A DNA stretch of 64,000 nt from contig OX597815.1 of NCBI GenBank assembly GCA_951406725.2, forward strand, positions 113,398,001-113,462,000, given 5' to 3'. The stretch comes from Octopus vulgaris (taxonomy: Eukaryota). Of this stretch, positions 12,397 through 24,417 are shown in pieces. Each line of letters opens with the position of its first letter. Within the stretch, counting starts at the first letter, position 1. Below the pieces are notes generated by a model. The model was not told the origin of the DNA and searched no databases. It saw only the letters and a list, made by a program, of their open reading frames with translations. The translations under genes were made by a program, and so were the position numbers.

Positions 12397-12734
12397 TACA
12401 TACATACATACACACATACATACATAGTGTGTGTGTATGTGTGTGTGTTTGAATAACTTTTTTATTATTTTAAATTTTACTTGTTTTAGTTATAGGACTG
12501 TGCCCTTGCTGGGGTATCACCTTGAAGGGTTTTAGTCAGAAAACTCAGCCCCAGTGATTATTTTAAGTCTGATATTTAATCTAATGTTCTCTTTTGTTGA
12601 ACGGTTAATCTAAAGGTATGCAAACAAATCAACTTCTGTTGCTGAGCAATGTAGGGATAGATACATAAAAGAGTAACTAAACAGAGACTTCCTTATCAGA
12701 TTGTTTGTTTATCTATTTACATGATTCTGTGTAA

Positions 12735-12861
<127 letters not shown>

Positions 12862-13084
12862 AGAATAATAATAGTAGGGAATATAATTCCAAACTTACAG
12901 GGAAAAATTCAATTTAGCAATTAATCAAATTTCACAATATATAATATATGTATATAATTAAGAGAAATAACGTCTATTAAGCAATTCAATAATGAAAGAC
13001 ACTATCCATATTAAATAGAAAAAATTTAAATATGCTATAATAAATATTATTTAAAAAATCAATGAATTAAATAAACATTAAATT

Positions 13085-13198
13085 GACTATGCACATTTTG
13101 TGACTATATGTTTAAATCGATAATAATAAAATCAATACTATTGAAATTAATTCGATTTAAAATAAATTCAATTTAAAAATATAGCTACTCTTCAGGTC
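13085..13198 (-). other. decayed hammerhead motif
   Basis: Minus strand GAC-CTGAAGA-GTAGCTATAT...ATATAGTCAC-AAAATGTGCATA-GTC. Stems I and II retained, GAAA mutated. Confidence 0.5.
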
Positions 13199-13212
13199 TA
13201 AAATGATAAAAT

Positions 13213-14065
13213 AACCTAGCCAAAACCAAAGTCCTAATGAGTAGGAAGGTAGACAAATCACAAACGCCCTCAGGTAGATGGCCCTGCTCGATCTGTAGAA
13301 AAGGTGTAGGTAAAAACTCTATAAGATGCACAAAGTGTAAGCTATGGACACATAAGAGGTGCAGCAATGTCAAAGGAAGGCTAACTAGGAAAATAGTTTT
13401 TGTTTGTGGCAGATGCTCAGGAGCAATAAACACTGAAAATGTGCAGAGACCAACTTCTACCACATTCCAGGGAGAAAAACTAGAAATAGTTGATAGCTTC
13501 CATTACCTAGGTGACCAAGTCAGTAGCGGGGGTGGGTGTGCTGAAAGTGTAACTGCTAGAGTAAGAATAGCCTGGGCAAAGTTCAGAGAGCCCTTACCCC
13601 TGCTGGTAACAAAAGGCCTCTTGCTCAGAGTAAAAGGCAGACTGTATGATGCATGTGTACGAACAGCTGCTACATGGTAGTGAAACATGGGCCGTGTCTG
13701 CTGAGGGCATGCGTAAGCTCGCAAGAAATGAAGCCAGTATGCTCCGATGGATGTGTAATGTCAGTGTTCATACTCGACAGAGTGTAAGTACCTTGAGAGA
13801 AAAGTTGGACCAAAGAAGCATCAGATGTGGTGTGCAAGAGAGACATTTGTGCTGGTATGGTCATGTGATGAGAATGGTTGAAGATAGTTGTGTGAAAAAG
13901 TGCCACACCCTAGCGGTTGAGGGAACCTGTGGAAGAGGTAGACCCAGGAAAACCTGGGACGAGGTGGTGAAGCACGACCTTCGAACTTTAGGTCACACTA
14001 AGGAAATGACTAGAGACCGAGACCTATGGAAGTATGCTGTGTGTGAGAAGACCTGGCAGGACTAG
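13213..14065 (+). pseudogene. RTE-clade ORF2 C-terminal region (end of RT, PHD-type finger, C-terminal domain), frameshifted near 13670
   Basis: NLAKTKVL...C4HC3 finger...LEIVDSFHYLG...ARVRIAWAKF...LLHGSETW...MLRWM...WYGHVMRM...GRGRPRKTW are typical RTE/Bov-B-like motifs. Confidence 0.9.
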
Positions 14066-14579
14066 TGAGACCATAACCCGCGGCCTCTGACTGGGATGTA
14101 GCCAGTCAACTTATGCATAACTTTCCTTCTTGGGACACAAAACTCCACTTGTGAAGACCCGTTGAGGCAAGTGGAAATCAGAACCAAAATCGAAGTCGAT
14201 CAACCTCAATGGAAATTGCAGCTGTGATACCAGTGCCGGTGGCACGTAAGCGAACCATCCGATCGTAGCCATTGCCAGCGCCGCCCCGACTGGCCTCCAT
14301 GCCGGTGGCACATAAAAAGCATCATCCAATCATGGCCGTTGCCAGCCTCGTCTGGCCCCCGTGCTGGTGGCACGTAAAAAGCACCATCCAACCATGGCCG
14401 TTTGCCAGCCCCGTCTGGCACGTAAAAAGCACCCACTACACTCATGGAGTGGTTGGCGTTAGGAAGGGCATCCAGCCGTAGAAACATTGCCAGATCAGAC
14501 TGGGCCTGGTGCAGCCTTCTGGCTTCCCAGACCCCAGTTGAACCGTCCAACCCATGCTAGCATGGAAAGCGGACGCTAA

Positions 14580-14609
<30 letters not shown>
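13213..14609 (+). mobile_element. 5'-truncated RTE-clade LINE (ORF2 end + 3'UTR + (TGA)n tail)
   Basis: ORF2 remnant runs directly into the 3'UTR shared by many shorter copies in the window. Confidence 0.92.
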
Positions 14610-14611
<2 letters not shown>

Positions 14612-14781
14612 TGTATGTATCTAAGAAATAAATGTATTGTAACAATAAATAATCGAATAAAATTTAACAATATTAATGAAAAATAAAATCATAACTTACC
14701 ATATTGAAGAATACCAATTGAATTGCTTAATAGAGGTTATTTCTCTTAATTATATACATATATTATAGATGCAAAAATATA

Positions 14782-15126
14782 AAGGGGGTAAAGACCCCCT
14801 TCGGTCATGAGTGACCATGGGTTTGCACCTAGAGAGTTACCCTCTGAGGCACAAGTCTGGGCAAGGTTGTTTTATGGAAGACCAGTAGTCGCCCATGCAT
14901 ACCAGCCTCCCCTCTCCACGCCACCAGTGTTATCCAAGGGAAAGACAAAGGTCGATACAGCTTGGCACCTGTGACGTCGCAACTCATTTCTACAGCTGAG
15001 TGAACTGGAGCAACGTGAAATAAAGTGTCTTGCTCAAGAACACAACACGCAGCCCGGTCCGGGATTCGAGCTCACAACCTCACGATCGTAAGCTCGACGC
15101 TCTAACCACTGAGCCATGCGCCTTCA
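14782..15126 (-). mobile_element. full-length tRNA-derived SINE family C
   Basis: Minus strand GGCGCATGGCTCAGTGGTTAGAGCG...GAGCTCGAATCCC (A/B boxes), then GTGTTCTTGAGCAAGACACTT core. CpG-rich, probably young. Confidence 0.85.
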
Positions 15127-15269
15127 CATATATGTATATATGTATATGTGTAAGTATGTATATATATGTACTTTTGTATACTTAGCAGTGCTTAAATAAT
15201 AATAACAACAATACCTGACATCTTTGGGTCATATTGACACCATTACCTCTCATAACCTCTCTCTCTCTT

Positions 15270-15384
<115 letters not shown>

Positions 15385-15524
15385 TATTTATTTATACATC
15401 CTTCAGAAAAGGAAGGGTAACTGCTATGTCAATTCATTGACTCTAGTTATCAGTTTAGACTGTTGTTGTACATTCTTGTTGATCCTTTTTAATGTTGTAC
15501 ATGTCTTAGCTACACTTTGAACTA

Positions 15525-15738
15525 GGGTGGCAAGGTGGCAGAATTATTAACACGCCAGACAGAGTGCTTAGCAGCATTTCATCCGTCTTTACCTTATGGG
15601 ATCAAATTCCACCAAGTTCAATTTTGCCTTTCATCCTTTTAGGTCAATAAAATAAGTGCTAGTTGAAAAGTAGGGTTGATGTAATCAACTTACCCCTCCC
15701 CTGGAATTACTGGTCTGGTATCAAAATTTGAAATCAAT
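15525..15738 (+). mobile_element. SINE family B
   Basis: GGTGGCAAGGTGGCAGAAT head and TTTGCCTTTCATCCTTT..GGTCAATAAA central domain (resembles the Meta/MESC SINE domain; not verified). Confidence 0.7.
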
Positions 15739-16409
15739 ATGAACTGATAGCATGTTATCTTCGCAAATAAATTTCATCTGTCTCTTTGATTCAACTTCAG
15801 ACTCAGTTTAAAAATAAACCCTCAGAATAGTTGTTTCAAATAATTGCTATAAAGAGTTTCTTGAAGAACAACTCTATAGAAAATGTATAAAGATTTCCAA
15901 TAAACAGAACAATATACATACACACCTATATACACTCACACAGGCATGCATATGTGAGAGATCACACTCACACATGCATGCATACAAACCTGTATATGCA
16001 TATAATCATATGGAAACAATTTGTTTATAAGTGCAATAAATTCTTGTAATTAATATATAACTGATTAATATTTTCATTGTTTCAACATTCCAGCTTATTA
16101 TAATTGATGGTGTTGGGCTAAGGATAATAGAAATATTATGTTGTAATATTATTTATTTGTTGTTTTTTTACATTTAATTGTATACTTATTTATTTATTTA
16201 TTTATTTTTACTTAAATATATTTATCAGGTCAAAACTCTACATCCTTACGTTCGTTGCCTAGATTAAAAGCAAAACCCAAGTCTGTGCTATTTTAGCTTT
16301 CCTTTTCAAGAGTTTTTTTTGTTTAACTCAAATCTGGAGTTTTTTGTTGCCATTGGCATTTATTATCATCGTCGTCATCGTCGTCGTCATTATTATTATT
16401 ATTATTATT

Positions 16410-16622
16410 AAGGCAGCAAGTTAGCAGAATTGTTAGCACACTGGGCGAAATGCTTAGTGGTATTTTGTCTGCCACTACATTCTGAGTTCAAATTCTGCTG
16501 AGATCAACTTTGGCTTTCATCTTTTTGGGGTCAATAAATTAAGTACTAGTGAAACACTGGAGTCAATGTGATCAATTTGAGCCCTCCCACAAACTTCAGG
16601 CCTTGTGCCTTTAGTAGAAAGA
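16410..16622 (+). mobile_element. SINE family B
   Basis: AGGCAGCAAGTTAGCAGAAT...GAGTTCAAATTC...CTTTCATC..GGGGTCAATAAA. Confidence 0.75.
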
Positions 16623-16663
16623 GTTATTATTATTACTATTATTATTATTATTATTATTATTAT

Positions 16664-17425
16664 TGTGTTGCATATGGATGAGAAGAGCTGTGTGAAGAAG
16701 TGTTACTCCCTAACAGTAGAAGGAACCCATGGAAGAGGAAGACTCAGGAAGACATGAGATGAGGTGGTGAAGCATGACCATCAAACAATGGGCCTCATAG
16801 AGGCAATGACAAAAGACTGAAACCTCTGGAGATATGATGTGATTGAGAAGACCCAGCAAGTAAAATGAGATCATAGCCATAGCTTACATCAGTGTCGCAT
16901 AACCAGCCCATTTGAATTGAATCGTGGAGTGACATGCCATGCTTGAGGAGACCTATTGAGTCAAGCAAAATCAAAATCAAATCAAATGGAAATTGTACAT
17001 GTGGCCGATGCCAGTGCTGCCTGACTGGCTCCTGGACTAGTGGCACACAATAAATACTATTCATGCGTGGGTCGTTGCCAGTGCCACCTGACTGGCTCCT
17101 CATGCCAGTGGCACATAAAAAGCACCATCTGAACGTGGTCAATGCCAGCCTCCCCCAACCACTGCCCTGACTGGCCTCTGTGGCAGTAGCACATAAAAAG
17201 CATTATCCGAATGTGGCCAATGCCAGTACTGCCTGACTGGCTCCCATGCTGGTGGAACGTAAAATGCACCCACTACACTCTCAGAGTGGTTGGCGTTAGG
17301 AAGAGCATCTAGCTGTAGAAACATTTCCAGATCAGATTGGAGTCTGGTGCAGCCTCCTGGCTTGCCAGTCCCCAATCAAACCGTCCATTGCATGCCAGCA
17401 TGGAAGACAGATGTTAAACAATGAT
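16664..17425 (+). mobile_element. 5'-truncated RTE LINE (ORF2 tail + 3'UTR)
   Basis: Translates VLHMDEKSCVKKCYSLTVEGTHGRGRLRKT*DEVVKHD, homologous to 13865-13980. Confidence 0.85.
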
Positions 17426-17433
17426 TATTATTA

Positions 17434-17648
17434 AGGCAGCAAGCTGGCTGAATCGTTAGCACACCGGGCAAAATGCTTAGTGACATTTCATCTGATTTTA
17501 CGTTCTGAGTTCAAATTCCACCAAGGTTGACTTTGCCTTTCATCCTTTCAGGGTTGATGAAAAAAGTACCAGTTACACACTGAGGTCGATGTGATCAACT
17601 ATTCCCCTCCCCACAAATTCCAGGCCTTGTGCCTATAGCAGAATGGAT
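17434..17648 (+). mobile_element. SINE family B
   Basis: GGCAGCAAGCTGGCTGAATCGTTAGCAC...GTTGACTTTGCCTTTCATCCTTTCAGGG. Confidence 0.8.
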
Positions 17649-19038
17649 TATTATTGTTGTTGTTGTTGTTATTATTTAAGCACTGCTAAGTGTACAAAAG
17701 TAATTTAATATTCTAGCTTTAATGTTATTCCGTCTGATTGTGTGTGGGCCGTTGTATTAAGTCATACTACCACTGGTGGAATAAGAATCATTGACGCTAC
17801 TTTATCCCTGCTAAGTTTTATAATATATTGGAAATTCGAGAAAGTAGATGGGGATAAATAGAAGCCTGGTTGTTTTTCCGAGCATACTCTGACTTAGACT
17901 ATTTTTAGTTTTGTTAATTTGACTACAGATTACGGTCTTATATTTTAGTAGAGAAGGAGATGGGGTAAACGTGACACTCATGTCTTAGTTAAAGGACATA
18001 AGCTGTATAAATAAAGTGAATTGGTTTCAAATGGGATTTGAAATCAATTCTTGAACATCACTAGTCGAGCTGTAAACATAGACTATTACTAATCTAGATT
18101 TAGTTTTAAAGTGTATCTCAAAGAAATTGAATTTTAGCTTTTTGTTTTTATTTACTAAGTATTACATAGCCTGTCACTTTTTTTTTTTTTCCATATTTAA
18201 ATATATATTATATATATTTGTAACCTTGCTTGAAAATTAATTTGGATCTGTAATACTTCAGATATTATATAAGTCTTACTAGTGAAAGGTCATAGTTTCA
18301 ACACAGTTCTGTCTCTCTTCTCTTGAACAGCACAATTAATGGCCACAAGCTCCATTAAGATAACTGGACATCACAATCTCTCATAATTCCTCATGGTGAC
18401 TTCAGGTTCATAATTGCCAAAACTCAAATGTCTATATAAAAATTCTGTTCTGTTCAAGCTTTAGTTCTGGTTGCAGCCATAATCCGGAGGGTGGGAGGAG
18501 GCGAGAGAGAGAGTATAGACATTTGGTCCATTATGTTCTTTTGGCCAGTGCCTTTATGAGAGAATACATAAAAAGACACGGTCACCCTTTAGCAAACTGA
18601 ATGATGGTGGCTGGGATGCTTTTTATCACAACTGATGGGTCCATCTATATTATTTTAGTGAAAGGGAAAAGAAATCTACTTCCTCTTCATTTACTTCATT
18701 GTAATAAAAGGCAATCTTGATATCCAACTTAACATGGATGTTTTACTAGAACACTAGATACTGCAGTATTCACCTTCAGAGGTCCTCTCGTAGATGCATG
18801 GTACATAAAAGAACACATATATGTATCATTAGCAGATGTCGTGATTTCAACATTCTACATCTCTTCAGTGACAGGTGCCCACTCGCCACATGCCACCCAA
18901 ATCTCACTGCCAACAATATGTAGAATTACAGTGTTTTATCAAGCACTGATGTCACAAATAACCAGCAGGTTTATTAAAAAATAATTATTAGTGATAGAAG
19001 CAGTATTAATACCAAATACCATAATAATGATAATAATG

Positions 19039-19094
<56 letters not shown>

Positions 19095-19221
19095 TAAAAC
19101 TGAACTGTAGAACGATATTTAACCCTTTAGCATTCAGATTACTCTGTCAAATATAATGCTTATTTATTCACATTTTAAAAAATTAATTGTATTGTAGTTT
19201 TGAAATTTCAAAGATGTGATT

Positions 19222-19550
19222 CATCATCATCATCATCATCGTTTCACCTCCATTTTCCATGCTGGCATAGATTGGACAGTTTGACTAAAGACTGGTAAGC
19301 TGGAGAGCTGCACCGGGTTCCAATCTGATTTGGCATGGTTTCTGTGGCTGGATACCCTTCCTAACACCAACCACTCCAAGAGTGTAGTGGGTGCCAGTTA
19401 CATGACACTGGCATCGGCCACAACTACAATTTCACTTGGCTTGACAGGTCTCCTCAAGTATGGCCTATTACCCAACATTCGAAGGGTACTTTTTATGTGC
19501 CACTGGCATGGGTGCGAGTTATGCGACTATGATTTCACTTGGCTCGTAGT
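19222..19550 (-). mobile_element. RTE LINE 3' fragment nested in MITE
   Basis: (CAT)n tail; candidate TSD TGTGATT at 19215-19221 and 19551-19557. Confidence 0.75.
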
Positions 19551-19639
19551 TGTGATTTTTTATTCATCTTTAGAATGACATTGCAGGGTAGGTATAAGAG
19601 GGTGGATCTGGCCAGTTAGAACATAAAACAAGAATATAT

Positions 19640-19872
19640 TTATTTCTTTATTGCCCACAGAGGGCTAAACATAGAGGGACAAACAAGGACAGATAAAGGG
19701 ATTAAGTCAATTACATCGACCCCAGTGCATAACTGGTATTTATTTAATCGACCCTGAAAGGATGAAAGACAAAGTCAACCTCAACGGAATTTGAATTCAA
19801 AACATAAGGACAGACGAACTACTGCTAAGCATTTTGCCTGGCATGCTTACGATTCTGCCAGCTTGCCACCTT
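19640..19872 (-). mobile_element. SINE family B nested in MITE
   Basis: Reverse complement of family B; AGAATATATT present on both sides. Confidence 0.8.
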
Positions 19873-20297
19873 ATTAACAGGTAGAATATATTGGGCTGGA
19901 TATGACCTGTTTAAATGCTAAAGGGTTAACCTATAATTTAATTGTTTTTGGCTGAAAAGACATCATAAAGTTCCAATCATATACTTGTAACGAGGAGTTC
20001 CAGTACAGACCGAAATACACAAATTTGATTCATATTTTTATGATGCTTTTATGTACATTCATGTTTTATATTTTATATCAATTTTTGCACAAATATATAT
20101 GTACATATATGTGTATGTATGTATATTTACATACATTCATGATAATCTAGAAACTTGACTGAGGAGAGAATGCCACAAATGGTCCATCCTTGTTTTGTCC
20201 TTCTTTTTTGTTGTTCTTCCTGTCCATCTTCATATTGTTCATCTGTAAAGATATTTTATTGTCATCTGTTTTATTCTTGTTCCATTTTTTTATTTAA

Positions 20298-20328
<31 letters not shown>

Positions 20329-20383
20329 AGTATTTATATGTGTGTCTGTCTTAGTGTGTATAGATATATATATTTATATATTA

Positions 20384-20528
20384 TATTAGATGAAAAATCA
20401 AAACTAAGGCAGGATGAGTATCTCAAGTCATTTACAATAATTAATTATTGATTATGAATTACTCTAATTAAATTATTCTAAATGACTTTAGATGCTTATT
20501 CTGCCTTAGTTTTGATTTTATCTTAATA
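20384..20528. repeat. short-spacer inverted repeat (~60-bp arms), possibly PLE-derived
   Basis: AAAATCAAAACTAAGGCAG...AGTCATTTA / TAAATGACT...CTGCCTTAGTTTTGATTTT. The right arm continues past the Helitron insertion. Confidence 0.7.
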
Positions 20529-21704
20529 CTAGCAGTATCGCCCGGCGTTGCTCGGGTTGTAAGGGAAATAACTATATAAGCATTTTTAGGGAGTTATAGC
20601 CAAAAAATAGGAAAAAAATGCATTAAAAATGGAAAAAAAATTAAGGTAAATTTTTTTTTTAAATCGTTGACACATCGTAGATATTTTTAGAGAGTTACTT
20701 CCCTTATATAAAAGCGAAAAAAATGCATTAAAATGGAAAAATATGATGGTAAATTTTTTTAAATCGTAGACTTATCGTAGACGCGCGCTAATACCCAGAA
20801 GGGTTCGATATGAATCACAACTATAAAATACCCGCTTTTGGTTAAACTGCTCCGCAAAATGTGGGAGTAGTTACGAATCTAAATCGAAGGGGACAGACAC
20901 ACAACTTCACTTTTATATAAAGATGCTTTTTTTTTTCAGTCATAGAGTTAGATTTATGAAGGTCTTCAGTAGAAAATCCTTCGAATTCTGACTCGCTGCT
21001 TGATATAATGAAATTCGTATCCATTTTTTGTCAGAATTACAAATTTTGAAAACACAATAGGAACAAATTTCGGAAAAAAATCTCCCATAATTCACGGAAT
21101 TAAAATTACACTTCGATTTTTGTACAAAACTGTATTTGAAGTGTTTACGAAGTATAATACGTGTTTTCACGAATGTACTAAAGAGATTTACTCTGATATT
21201 CTCATTTAAATATGAATAGGTAAATTCAGGCGGTTTGGTAACGAAAGGGTTTATATAAGTGTCGTCTGTTTACACATAAACACTGTTTCATACTTTCAGT
21301 TTAGTCTTCCTCAAATCACTCTGTCGCTAATTTACTCTCTTCCAAGAACATTTTCACTCACTCTTATCTGTTAGCTTCCCATACATTTTACTCATGTATC
21401 TATCAGCGTGATAGACAGAAACAAATATTACATCTAGTTTCACTTTATTCGTTGCACACTGTGTGTGTGCGTTTGCGTGTGCTGTAAACCAGACTAAGAA
21501 AAGCATTTGACATACACACCAGAATGTGAGTTTTCTGTAAATTTTGCTTAATTGGAGTTAAAATTTTAAAAACTGGACCTGGCATGACGCGATGCATTCT
21601 ACTCTTAAAAATGCTAGGTAAATTGTAATTGAAGAAATCCTATATTGTAGATTTCTATAACTCCCAAAGGGAGGCAGATAAAATCTGCCTTTTATAATAA
21701 GAGA
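20529..21704 (-). mobile_element. non-autonomous Helitron, composite (two 5' ends, one 3' end)
   Basis: Minus strand 5' A|TCTCTTATTATAAAAG (21704), 3' hairpin CCCGAGCAACGCCGGG then CTAG|T (20529). No TSD. Second 5'-like end A|TCTTTATATAAAAG at 20923. Confidence 0.8.
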
Positions 21705-21854
21705 TAATATATGCTTGCTATAACAGAACCCTCACACGGATCCCTAGATCCAGCCATAGCTGTGATCTTGGAACCTAATGGTCGACCAACAATAGCACTT
21801 ACCCAACGTACCTGTTTGTCTAGATCACAAATGAGCTAATATATGTGTGTGTGT

Positions 21855-22014
21855 GTGCAGGTGTGGCCCAGTGATAAGAAGCTTGCTTCCCAACTACATG
21901 GTTCCAGGTTCAGTCTGACAATGTGGCACCTTGGGCAAGTGTCTTCTACTATAGCCTCAGGTCGACCAAAGCCTTGTGAGTGGATTTGGTAGAAGGAAAC
22001 TGTAAGAGGCCCGT

Positions 22015-22060
<46 letters not shown>

Positions 22061-22240
22061 TGTGTTTGTGCCCCCACCATCGCCTGACAACCAGTGTTGG
22101 TGTGGTTCGGTAAAAGAGACCAATAGGTTAAGTACTAGGCTTACAAATAATAAGTCCTGGGGTTGATCTGTTTACTAAAAGATGCTGCTCCAGAATGGCC
22201 ACAGTCAAATGACTGAAAAAAGCAGAAGAATAAAAGAATA
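21855..22240 (+). mobile_element. full-length SINE family A
   Basis: Head, CCTTGGGCAAGTGTCTT core, internal (TA)n, 3' end. Confidence 0.85.
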
Positions 22241-22244
22241 ATAG

Positions 22245-22275
<31 letters not shown>

Positions 22276-22474
22276 TTATGTATTTGTGTACTTGTCACAT
22301 TCTTTGTACATCCCTCTTTAAATTGTATAATGTCTCTTATCTACTCCTTCCTTTCATAATTTCTAAATGTGCTCCTTTTAAACTCCGCATTATATTTTCT
22401 GTCATTGTAACTCCTAAGGAAAATTTCCAATGTTTTGCATCTCTTCAATTTCTTATGACTAAAAAAAAGAAAAG

Positions 22475-22505
<31 letters not shown>

Positions 22506-22630
22506 TATTAGTAGTAGTAGTATTAGTATTATTATTCCGTAGTTTTATTTTTATCATGTGCTTTCACTGCACTACTGAACACAGCTGTGTGCCTTGGGTA
22601 TAATTATTATTATCATCATCATCATCATCA

Positions 22631-22682
<52 letters not shown>

Positions 22683-23400
22683 CATTATTATTATTATTAT
22701 TGCCAAGGGATTGGTAGAATTGTTAACACATTGGATAAAATGTTTTGAATTATTTCTTCTGGCTCTGCCAAGGTTAACTTTTCCTTTCATCCCTCCAGGG
22801 TCAGTAGAAAAAGGAAAAGAATAACAAAGTACCAGTCATGTACTGGAATTTACCAGATTAACCACCTTCCCATTAATTTCTGGTTTTGTGCCTGTATAAG
22901 AAACAATTAAAAAGTTCCATTTTGTTTAGGCTTTCATAAGTCCCACTGTGCTTAAAGACTGAACAAATCTTTTCTCTTGTGTCACCAACATCAGTTATAA
23001 TAGCAAGGTTTAAAAGTCAAGTGTTTATTGAACTCAAAGCAGTGATTAAACCCTTCTCAGTAGCTACTTTCAGCAGAGTCTGTTTGCTTGACATTTACAA
23101 CAAGCCATAATCACCGTTTATTGTGCATCAACTTTGGACGATTGTGTTTTATGGCAGTTCCTATAATTGAACACATTTGCCATTTTCTGACTGACAATAT
23201 TTGTGTAGTTGCGTGTGTGTCTGTGTGTGTGTGTGCATGTGTGTGTGTGTTTGCCTGTATGTGTGCATGCGCATTAACATAAGCATACATGTCTACATAC
23301 ATTACATGCATACATAATTGTGTGTGCGTGTCTGTGTACAAAGAGGGTGATAGGTTTGATGATATAGATAGGGGAAATAGAACTCTATACTTAAAACAGA

Positions 23401-23444
<44 letters not shown>

Positions 23445-24190
23445 TTTTTTTTATTGTCTGTAAGGCTACTGACTGAAGAGCTTAAAGTCATGCAACAACA
23501 CTTATGAAAATCTTTGGTAAGTGCTGTGGCATGAAACACACACACATGCACTCACACAAACAAACAAAATTCCCGCATAATTTGTTCAGAATGGTAAACT
23601 ACTTGGAATAAAGTACTCAAACTATAAATACTGAGAAGGGACATGTTTTAATTAAAATGAAAACGAATCCAACAAAAATGATGTCAAGAACTATGAAAGA
23701 AACAAATCAATTTGTAATGGATTCACTGTTTTAATTAAAACTCATATAACATGCATTCACTCATACATGTATACATATATGTACACATGCTCACACATTC
23801 ATGCATTCACACACACACACACACACACACATACACACAATCCCCCTCTGTGTTCATAGTCTTGCAAGTTACATTGCAATGTCACTGGTGATGACTGATG
23901 GCACAAAATATGCAGGCAGTACATGCTGAAAAGTGGTTGATGTCAGGAAGAGCATCTAGTTATAGAAACCACGGCAAAGTAGACACTGGAGCACGATGTA
24001 GTCATTGGGTCCACTGGATTCTATAAAACTGTCCAGCTCATGCCAGCATGGGACAGGAACATTTAATGATGATGATATGCACATATATCTATGCAGTGGA
24101 ATCTAAGTTCACCTAAGTGAAATATTTAATTACTGAGCCTATATAATGACTTAATAGGTAGTTGGTGCTATGACTTTATGCCTGCATCAA

Positions 24191-24417
24191 TTAACCCTTT
24201 AGCATTCAGATTACTCTGTCAAATGCAATACTTATTTATTCACATTGTTTTGAATTAATCATACATTATCTATTTGTGTTGTGATTTCGATGACGCGCTT
24301 CTTTATTTTTGAATGACATTGTATGGTAAGCGTGAGAGGCTGAACATGGTCAGTCTGTATATAAAGCAGGTATAATATTTGGGCTGGATATGGCCAGTTT
24401 AAATGCAAGAGGGTTAA
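24191..24417 (+). mobile_element. piggyBac-type MITE (uninterrupted copy)
   Basis: TTAA TSDs, terminal inverted repeats CCCTTTAGCATT / AATGCAAGAGGG. Confidence 0.85.

Larger units (their letters stand above)
19119..19929 (+). mobile_element. piggyBac-type MITE carrying two nested retroelements
   Basis: TTAA-CCCTTTAGCATT...AATGCTAAAGGG-TTAA. Removing 19222-19550 and 19640-19872 restores the ~220-bp unit seen at 24191-24417. Confidence 0.85.

Noticed and set aside
15050-15126. tRNA-like sequence (also 44205-44281 and 7705-7773)
   Set aside because: These are SINE heads continuing into SINE bodies, with no complete acceptor stem
18200-19000. Complex non-repetitive stretch (similarly 24500-26500 and 27780-28300) as possible exons
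   Set aside because: No ORF of 60 aa or more with recognisable similarity. Short exons or regulatory elements cannot be excluded without RNA-seq or conservation data
23473-23512. CTGAAGA...GAAA motif
   Set aside because: No stem II or stem I complementarity
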